Source: Candidatus Latescibacterota bacterium (lineage in GTDB: Bacteria; Latescibacterota; UBA2968; GCA-2709665). Taken from it: a DNA stretch of 64,000 nucleotides. Position 1 is the first letter of the stretch. Every line of letters starts with the position of its first letter. Where the stretch lies: assembly GCA_965205485.1 (NCBI GenBank), contig OZ242180.1:2912001-2976000 (forward strand), in the 5' to 3' direction. The translations under genes and the position numbers were made by a program. The notes beneath the pieces were generated by a model. That model was given only the letters and a program-made list of their open reading frames with translations, did no database searches and had not been told where the DNA came from. This document shows positions 57,026 to 64,000 of the stretch, piece by piece.

Positions 57026-57529
57026 CTAACGGCGGATCGAAACAACCCTGGCCCTGCGCCGCAAAACCTCATCCGGTACGAGTTCGCGGATTGTATTTCG
57101 ACTCTCCCGGTCCATTGCCCAGTAGTCCTCGATCCAATATCGCCGGCCGTTCTCGTCCGTTACCGTGATCGATGGCGGTTTCGAACCGTCCAGCGCCTCC
57201 CGGTCCTGGGTTCGGAACACGATCTCACCATCTTCCGTGACAACAGTCCATTCACCGCCCGTTCCGCGAGGCGCCACCGACAGGATTTCCCGAATCCGTG
57301 GAATATAGTAGGTATCTTTCAACGCGGCGTTCAAAATTCCCTGAGAGTCCGCGTCCAGTGTACCGGGATCTTCAATCAGGCAGATTTCATGTCCGTCTTC
57401 TCCCAACAGTCCCACGAAGCGGCCGGGGTTGCTTTTCGGGAACGCCCTCGCAACCCGGGCTACAGGCTGAACACTGCCCCCGATAACGGCCAATAAGCCG
57501 TCCTTGCGCTGGATCAACCGGACTTTCAT
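57026..57529 (-). CDS. DUF1854 domain protein
   Basis: RAFP.S.P...VGL....GHEICLI, YYIPRI..I, W.V.T..G, DENGRRY.I pattern. Confidence 0.7.
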   Translation of the reverse strand: MKVRLIQRKDGLLAVIGGSVQPVARVARAFPKSNPGRFVGLLGEDGHEICLIEDPGTLDADSQGILNAALKDTYYIPRIREILSVAPRGTGGEWTVVTEDGEIVFRTQDREALDGSKPPSITVTDENGRRYWIEDYWAMDRESRNTIRELVPDEVLRRRARVVSIRR

Positions 57530-57584
57530 CGCGTCTTCATTTAACGGACACTGAAATCGACTGATGGAAACTGAAATCGACCGT

Positions 57585-58475
57585 CTATCGGACGATGCGG
57601 TGGCCCGGGTCCCGCCGGAGGACAATCTCGCCGCGTTTGAAAACCCGAACCGTACCTGTAGACTCCGAAACCGCCACCGCGATCGCATTGGTGTTCTTGG
57701 ATACCGCTGCCGCGGCAACATGACGCGCACCCAGCCCCTTGGGCAGGGTAAGACCCCTCACGTATGACGTGATATAGCGACAACCTGAGCGAATGACGCC
57801 ATCCTCCTGGACGATGAAGGCGCCGTCCATCAATGCAACCTCCTTAACGCCTTCGCGGTTATCGGGATCGCAGATGTTCCGCTCCCGTCTTGAATACCCG
57901 CGGAACGGATCGTACGTCATCACCCGTGAGTTGGCCAGGACGCGGTCGGAGTCGCCCAGCACGAAGAGTGTGCCGACCTGCTCTCCTTCCCTGCCTTCAC
58001 GTCCAATGTCCAGGGCGATATCCAGCACGGATTTAACCACCTCAACGGGCAGATCGCCCGCCAGTTGAGCCAGGCTCTCCGGATCAAAGTCCTCGAACTC
58101 CCAGCGGGTGTCCACGGTCATGAGTGTGTCCACGCCGCCGTGTTCCATGACATTTGCAAGGCAGATCAGCCGGCTTCCCTTCTTGATGTGACCGGCCTCC
58201 ATGCCCAGCACAATGCCATGCCGTACCCTCTCCAGGTGGGAGCCATCGTCGAAATCAAGCGTCAACCGGCGAACGCCCAAACTCTCGATGCCCTGAAGAA
58301 ACCGGTTGCGACGCGTAACCAGCAGCACCGGACAGGATTCATTCAGGGTTTGCACCGCGGGCCTGGTCACGCCGGAATCCGCCACGATCAGCACGAGATC
58401 TGCGCCAATTTCGCCGGAGAGACCGGCGGCCGTTTTCAACAACGCGTGTGCTCTGGATCGATTCTGTTTCGCCAC
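57585..58475 (-). CDS. Diadenylate cyclase, DacZ-like (N-terminal PK_C-like domain plus DisA_N domain)
   Basis: EGREGEQVGTLFVLGD, catalytic DGAF, GLGARH, AVSESTG.V; no TM segment. Confidence 0.85.
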   Translation of the reverse strand: MAKQNRSRAHALLKTAAGLSGEIGADLVLIVADSGVTRPAVQTLNESCPVLLVTRRNRFLQGIESLGVRRLTLDFDDGSHLERVRHGIVLGMEAGHIKKGSRLICLANVMEHGGVDTLMTVDTRWEFEDFDPESLAQLAGDLPVEVVKSVLDIALDIGREGREGEQVGTLFVLGDSDRVLANSRVMTYDPFRGYSRRERNICDPDNREGVKEVALMDGAFIVQEDGVIRSGCRYITSYVRGLTLPKGLGARHVAAAAVSKNTNAIAVAVSESTGTVRVFKRGEIVLRRDPGHRIVR

Positions 58476-58480
58476 GTTTG

Positions 58481-59119
58481 CTATCTCCGGGACCCGAATC
58501 GGCGCTTCCTGCCGTACGTTACCGGTTCTTCGCTCTGATTCACGGTCACACCGCCATCCGAATCCGGCCTCGGCGCATCTTCGGCAGAGAGAAACCGGGG
58601 TGGAATTTCCCGAGCGAGAATCGTGGGTCCGCAGTCGAAGAATTGAACCCCGTCCGCGGCGGCCTTTCTTGCGTCCACCCGTATGACAGCCCCCGGACCC
58701 CGCCGGTGTCCCCCAAGCCTTCGCGCAACGTCAGCGCCAAAGGAGAGGTGGACGTATTGCCTGTCTACGGGCTTCAAGCCCCTCGTCAGGATGGCTTCCA
58801 CTTCGGATACGGTTGCGCCCTTGTAAAGGTGTTCCGGTGGTTTCACGGGATCTGTTCCCAGATCCATCTGAATACTATGACCGTAGCGGGCGCGGATCCG
58901 CCCGTCGACAATCTCAAATCGTTTCTTGTCGGCTTTGTAAACCAGTGCTTCTACGTCCCCGGCTTCGATGTCGGCATCCTGTTTTTTTAACGCGGATATC
59001 ACGGCGTCGAAATCCGCGAAGCCGAACCCGTCGACCTGGATGCCGAACTCTTCCGGCCGATGCCTGAGCATCAGTGAAAGCAGCTTGGATACCCTGACTT
59101 GAGATCTGTAATCGTCCAT
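58481..59119 (-). CDS. kptA: RNA 2'-phosphotransferase (Tpt1/KptA)
   Basis: SKLLSLMLRH.P, KKRFE, IRARYGHS, GLKP..RQYVHLS. Confidence 0.88.
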   Translation of the reverse strand: MDDYRSQVRVSKLLSLMLRHRPEEFGIQVDGFGFADFDAVISALKKQDADIEAGDVEALVYKADKKRFEIVDGRIRARYGHSIQMDLGTDPVKPPEHLYKGATVSEVEAILTRGLKPVDRQYVHLSFGADVARRLGGHRRGPGAVIRVDARKAAADGVQFFDCGPTILAREIPPRFLSAEDAPRPDSDGGVTVNQSEEPVTYGRKRRFGSRR

Positions 59120-59234
59120 ATATTTCCCTCGGAATGACAATACCAATGTTTCGATTCGGTTCGAACACGCTGGAATTTGTTGCCTCACGGGCCGGCAGGG
59201 CGCCGGCCCGATCCGACCCGTCGAGGGCCATGCA

Positions 59235-60613
59235 TCAGAAAGGATCGTCCCGGTAGGTTTCGTACTCTTCAAACCGCAAATAGTCGCTCATGAACCTTAG
59301 ATCCACACTTCCGGTAGGTCCGTTGCGTTGCTTGCCGATGATGACCTCGGCCTTGTCCTGTTGTGGATTTCCCTCTTCATCGGGTATGCCGTACACCTCC
59401 GGCCGGTACAGAAAGGCAACCACGTCGGCGTCCTGCTCGATGCTGCCGCTTTCACGCAAATCGGAAAGCTGCGGCCGTCTGTCCGTCCGGGACTCAACCG
59501 CGCGGGACAACTGCGCACACGCGACGACGGGCAGGTCGAGTTCCTTGGCCAGCGCCTTGAGCGATCGCGAAATACTCGCGATTTCCTGTTCCCGGTTGTC
59601 CACCCGCGCTGAAGTTGTCATCAACTGAAGGTAATCCACGACGATCATTCCGATGCCGTGCTCCAACTTGGCGCGGCGGGCCTTGGCCCGCAGCTCCAGG
59701 ACGGAGACACCCGGCGTGTCGTCAATAAAAAACGGCGCCTGCGACAGCTTTCCGGTCCAGGTCGCCAACCGCTCCCATTCTTCCGCTGACAGCCTTCCGG
59801 TACGCAGTCCGTGCGACGACACCCGGGCTTCGGCGCAGAGCAGACGTATCGCGAGTTGCTGCATGCTCATTTCCAGCGAGAAATAGAGTACCGGTATTTC
59901 CTCTTCGACCGCGGCATTTCGCGCCATGCAAAGCGTCAACGCGGTTTTTCCCATTGCAGGGCGGGACGCAATGATAATCAGATCGGAAGGCTGCAGTCCG
60001 GCCGTTATCCTGTCAAGATCAGCGTATCCGGTGGTAACGCCCGAAAGTGCGCCGGCTTGCTTCTGGGCTTTTTCGATAAGCTCAAATGTCTCGTGCAGTT
60101 TCGACTGCAGCGAAACGACGCCCTGTCCGAGTTCGCCTTCAGCAATTCGAAACACGCGCTGTTCGGCCCGGTCGATGACCTCGTTGACCTCTTCGCCTCG
60201 TCGTAACATTCCGCGATTGTCTGCGTGGACGCGTCGATCAACCTGCGGCGCTGAGCCCGTTCGAGTACGATCCTGGCGTGGAATTCCGCGTTTGCGCCGG
60301 TTGCCATTTCGCCGCCCAGGCTGGCAACGAAGGCGTACCCGCCCACGTCCTCGAATTGCCCGCGGCGTTTCAGTTCTTCCGCAACCGTCACCTCATCCAC
60401 CGGCAGTCCCCGCTCGGTCAATGCGAGTACGGCCGCAAAGACCCTGCGGTTTGCCGTATGGTAAAACGCCGTCTCGTCGCCAAGGACCTCGATCACCCGG
60501 CTGATGGCCGCGTTATCGATGAACATAGCGCCGAGAACCGCCCGCTCGACCTCCAGCGCCTGGGGCTGCGGACGGTCGACGGGAGTCTGTGCGCTCGATG
60601 GTTGGGACGCCAT
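59235..60613 (-). CDS. dnaB: Replicative DNA helicase, split by an apparent 1-nt frameshift at about 60195
   Basis: N-domain (PQALEVERAVLGAM) in one frame; C-domain (ASRPAMGKT, FSLEM, VDYLQLM, QLSR, SDLRESGSIEQDAD, KQRNGP) in another. Confidence 0.92.
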
Positions 60614-60672
60614 AGGATCACGCAATGAGCAGAATCTTGTCCAGACGAGGAATCGAGAACACGTGGATGAAC

Positions 60673-61353
60673 TTAACCGGCCGCGTCGTCGTACACGCGC
60701 CTGAGCAGTTGCAAATCCTCCCAGGCGGGGCGTTTCCAGTGCCGGTTTCGCAGGAGCGCGGCCGGATGATAGGTGGGAATCAGATGTTTGCCGCGGTACG
60801 AAAACTGCCGACCGCGCAGACTGCCCATCGGTTCATCGGTTTCCAACAGGGTCCGCGCGGCGAATAGACCAAGTGCGCAGATCGCAACCGGCTGAACGAG
60901 CTCGATCTGCCGTTCGAGGAAGGGCCTGCACGTCCTCACTTCTTCCGGCTTCGGGTCCCGGTTACCCGGCGGCCTGCATTTGATTACATTCGCAATATAG
61001 ACCTCGTCACGCTGAAACCCGATGGCCTCGATCATGCGCGTGAGCAGTTCTCCGGCCGGGCCGACGAACGGCAGTCCCGTCCTGTCTTCTTCCGCACCCG
61101 GCGCTTCACCGATAAACATCAGACCGGCATCCGGATTGCCGCTGCCGAAGACAACGGTGCGCCGGCTCTCGCAGAGTCCGCACATCCGGCAGTCGCGGAT
61201 CGTTTCGTGAAAGCCGGCAAGCCGCGTATCCGCGTCGGCGCGCGCGAGCCTGAACTCGCTCAGACCGAATTCCGCCTGCGTTTCAACGAACGTCCGGACG
61301 GCTTCCAGGGTCTCTTTCGTCTCAGTTTCTAGGTCCACCGTTTTTTCACCCAA
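60673..61353 (-). CDS. Uracil-DNA glycosylase family 4
   Basis: [37 protein letters not shown]. Confidence 0.92.
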   Translation of the reverse strand: MGEKTVDLETETKETLEAVRTFVETQAEFGLSEFRLARADADTRLAGFHETIRDCRMCGLCESRRTVVFGSGNPDAGLMFIGEAPGAEEDRTGLPFVGPAGELLTRMIEAIGFQRDEVYIANVIKCRPPGNRDPKPEEVRTCRPFLERQIELVQPVAICALGLFAARTLLETDEPMGSLRGRQFSYRGKHLIPTYHPAALLRNRHWKRPAWEDLQLLRRVYDDAAG

Positions 61354-62519
61354 TCCAGAATCCGGTCTGCAACCTCGAGCTTGGGCATTTTCGGCAGCGG
61401 TTCCGGCTCACCCCCATCGATCAGCGTGACCACATTGGTATCAACGCCGAATCCGGCGCCCGATACGTTCAGATCGTTCAATACGATCAAGTCCAGGTAT
61501 TTCTCTTCGAGTTTCTTTCTTGCGTTGGACAGACCATTCTCGGTTTCCATTGCAAATCCAACCACGATCCGGCCATCTTTCCGGGCGCCCAGATCCACCA
61601 GGAAGTCTTCGTTCGGAACCAGATCCAGCGTTAGTCCGTTCGTGTTTTTCTTGATTTTTGCGTCGGAGACGGCACGAGGCCTGAAATCCAGAACGGCCGC
61701 CGTCATGACCAGGGCATCCGCCCCTTCAAATGCCGATTCGGTCGCCGTGCGCAGTTCAGAAACCGTTCTCACCCGGATCAGGTCCACGCCAGCGGGAGGA
61801 TCCAGATTGCCCGGGCCGCTCACCAGAACGACGTCCGCGCCGCGCTGCCTGGCGCGGCGGGCTACCGCGTACCCCATCTTTCCCGTGGAACGATTGGTGA
61901 TAAAGCGAACCGGGTCGATGTCTTCTTCCGTCCGTCCTCCCGTAACGACGATCTTTCGACCCGCAAAATCTCCGGATGTCACTGCCGCGGCGACGGCTTC
62001 GGCGACAATTCGCTGCGGGTCCGCAAGCCGCCCCATTCCGCTGCGGCCCGATGCAAGCGCGCCTTCCTCGGGACCAATCAGGCAGTATCCCATATCGGCG
62101 AGCCGCTGGAGATTGCGTTGTGACGCGGGGTGGCGGTACATTGCCGTTTCCATTGCCGGCGCCACCATCACGGGCGCCTCACTCGAGAGCACGGTGCACG
62201 TAAGCAGATCGTCCGCCAGGCCGTTTGCCATCTTGCCGATCACATTGGCCGTTGCCGGCGCGATCAGGATCAGGTCGGCCCATTCGCCCAGCTCGACGTG
62301 AATAACCTCCGGGTCTCCCGCCTCGGGAAACAGCTCGGCGTAGACTCGGTGGCCGGAGAGTGCCTCAAACGTCAGCGGTTGGATGAACTTCCTTGCCGCC
62401 GCAGTTATCGCAACCCGCACTTCGGCGCCTTCACGCTGCAGGCCGCGAAGCACTTCAACGGCCTTGTAGGCGGCAATCCCGCCGCTAACTCCCAGCAGGA
62501 TCCTCGTTTTTGACGGCAT
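61329..62519 (-). CDS. coaBC: Bifunctional phosphopantothenoylcysteine decarboxylase/synthase
   Basis: GGIAAYK, APATAN, DDLL, TEEDIDPVRFITNRSTGKMG, VGFAMET. Confidence 0.95.
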   Translation of the reverse strand: MPSKTRILLGVSGGIAAYKAVEVLRGLQREGAEVRVAITAAARKFIQPLTFEALSGHRVYAELFPEAGDPEVIHVELGEWADLILIAPATANVIGKMANGLADDLLTCTVLSSEAPVMVAPAMETAMYRHPASQRNLQRLADMGYCLIGPEEGALASGRSGMGRLADPQRIVAEAVAAAVTSGDFAGRKIVVTGGRTEEDIDPVRFITNRSTGKMGYAVARRARQRGADVVLVSGPGNLDPPAGVDLIRVRTVSELRTATESAFEGADALVMTAAVLDFRPRAVSDAKIKKNTNGLTLDLVPNEDFLVDLGARKDGRIVVGFAMETENGLSNARKKLEEKYLDLIVLNDLNVSGAGFGVDTNVVTLIDGGEPEPLPKMPKLEVADRILDWVKKRWT

Positions 62520-62745
62520 TGCCATCTTCCGCTTCCATTTCGTCATCGACGTCGTACGAAATCTTCACTTTTCCCGTCGATAGGCGATCAAGCGACAGCG
62601 TTGTCGGTTTTTCCGCCTCGCCCGAAACGTCTCTCGCCATACGGGCCTGGTTGATCCGGCGGGACTCTCTCGACGCGGCGCTGACCGCCTCGTATGGGTT
62701 CATATCGTCGTTGCTGATCTCTTCGAGAAAGAAAATCCGTGACAT
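62485..62745 (-). CDS. rpoZ: RNA polymerase omega subunit-like protein
   Basis: NPYEAVSAASRESRRIN...EKPTTLSL; position between gmk and coaBC. Confidence 0.75.
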   Translation of the reverse strand: MSRIFFLEEISNDDMNPYEAVSAASRESRRINQARMARDVSGEAEKPTTLSLDRLSTGKVKISYDVDDEMEAEDGNAVKNEDPAGS

Positions 62746-62852
62746 TTGGACCAAATCCTCCGTCTGTGTGGGGCATGGCTGCCCGTTGTCGAAACCGTAT
62801 CGCTTTACGTGCACGTAATCCGGACGATTTGACCGCCCGTCGCAAATACATT

Positions 62853-63518
62853 CTAAGGCACACTCCGGCGCCGGAATTCAGCGAGCAGATCCGGCGTACG
62901 CCGCGGCCTGCGCCGCTCAACGCGAATCAGTTCCTGCACATCGGATATGGCACGATCCAGATCGCTGTTGACGACGAGATAATCGAACTCCACGGCTTTG
63001 TCAAGTTCACACCGTGCATTCTCCAGCCTGCGCTTCAAGGCCCCAACCGCTTCGGTCATACGCCCACCCAGGCGCTGTTCAAGCACCTTGACCGATGGCG
63101 GGAGTACGAACACGCTTACGCACCGTTTGTTGAGCAAACGCTTCCACGCCGCCGTACCCTGTACGTCTACCACGAGCAGCACGACGCCGCGCCGTTCAAT
63201 TGCGCGCGCTATTGCCTCGAAGGTTGCGCCGTAGAGGAAACCGTACACCTCCGCCCATTCGAAGAAACAGCCTTCCTCCAACCCGAAACGGAACTCATCC
63301 TCCGAAACGAAATGGTAGTCGATGCCGTTCGTTTCGTCATGGCGTTTCGCGCGCGTGGTGGTCGTCACACATCTCCGCAGCGTGTTGTCACGATCCAGAA
63401 GTCCCTGTCTGATGGACGTCTTACCTGCGCCCGCCGGACCCGAGAGAATCACGACGAACGACTCGGGATGGCGATCCAGTCGTTCTTGAAGGGCCTCAAT
63501 TCCGAACGGTTTTTCCAT
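62853..63518 (-). CDS. gmk: Guanylate kinase
   Basis: SGPAGAGKT, TTRAKR..E.NGIDYHF, EWAEVYG..YG, DVQG, FVLPPS. Confidence 0.95.
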   Translation of the reverse strand: MEKPFGIEALQERLDRHPESFVVILSGPAGAGKTSIRQGLLDRDNTLRRCVTTTTRAKRHDETNGIDYHFVSEDEFRFGLEEGCFFEWAEVYGFLYGATFEAIARAIERRGVVLLVVDVQGTAAWKRLLNKRCVSVFVLPPSVKVLEQRLGGRMTEAVGALKRRLENARCELDKAVEFDYLVVNSDLDRAISDVQELIRVERRRPRRTPDLLAEFRRRSVP

Positions 63519-63538
63519 CTGTGGAACCGATCACGCTG

Positions 63539-64000
63539 TTATTCTATATTCTGAACCTGTTCCTTGAGCTTCTCGATCTCTTCCTTGACCCCGACCACCA
63601 GATGCGCAATTTCCGCGTCCCCGGCTTTGGACCCGATTGTGTTCGCCTCCCGGTGCATCTCCTGGAGAAGAAAATTCAGACGTCTGCCCACCGGTTCTTC
63701 GCGGTCGAGCGTCTTCAGGAACTGTTCGTTGTGACTGTGGAAGCGGACCGTCTCCTCGGTAATGTCGATGCGTTCCGAGAGGAGGGCGATCTCGGTAAGG
63801 AGGCGGTTCTGGTCGACATGCTCCGGAGCGATGAGCTCCCGGAGTTTCTCGTCGAACCTCCTGCGCGTGGACTCCACCTGTCTGGGCGCCAATTCCTGAA
63901 TCTTCGCAATCAGATCCTGGAGAAGATGAATGCGTTGGACGAGATCCGTGGCCAGCTGCCTTCCTTCTGCGGCGCGCATCGACTGGCATTGGGCAACGGC
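63539..64000 (-). CDS. yicC: YicC/YloC family endoribonuclease, C-terminal part (truncated by the window end)
   Basis: DITEE..RF.SH, GRRLNFLLQEMHREANTIGSK, EKLKEQVQNIE. Confidence 0.92.
   Translation of the reverse strand, partial: AVAQCQSMRAAEGRQLATDLVQRIHLLQDLIAKIQELAPRQVESTRRRFDEKLRELIAPEHVDQNRLLTEIALLSERIDITEETVRFHSHNEQFLKTLDREEPVGRRLNFLLQEMHREANTIGSKAGDAEIAHLVVGVKEEIEKLKEQVQNIE

Noticed and set aside
60185..60205. Programmed ribosomal frameshift or intein in dnaB
   Set aside because: No slippery heptamer at the junction and no inserted sequence; the repaired length is normal.

Overview
High-GC bacterial chromosomal window with about 55 protein-coding genes. I could not identify any rRNA, tRNA, CRISPR array or transposase. 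The right end carries a housekeeping block, yicC-gmk-rpoZ-coaBC-udg-dnaB, extended by a Tpt1/KptA RNA 2'-phosphotransferase, a DacZ-like diadenylate cyclase, DUF1854 and a GT-C glycosyltransferase. The rest is mostly catabolic and accessory genes: enolase-superfamily enzymes, Gfo/Idh/MocA and PhyH oxidoreductases, MFS transporters, a heparinase II/III protein, a large S8 protease and a Sel1-repeat protein. Also present are futalosine-pathway mqnB/mqnD, prs, kbl, modA and queF. The gene order, the C-terminal DFDxxGxVDFxDFLxFAxxFG (dockerin/EF-hand-like) tails and the PhyH/Sel1 content suggest an FCB-group organism such as Latescibacterota, possibly host-associated (inference only). The most notable observations are: (1) a tandem queF pair in which the upstream copy has lost the catalytic Cys/Asp; (2) an atypical ACP next to a Re-citrate-synthase-like enzyme, nagB and a beta-helix DUF4954 protein; (3) a family of intergenic hairpin elements built from 8-nt and 7-nt periodic arms; (4) three families of MITE-like elements, one nested inside another and one family starting at TAG stop codons; (5) single-base frameshifts in dnaB and truC that are probably sequence errors.
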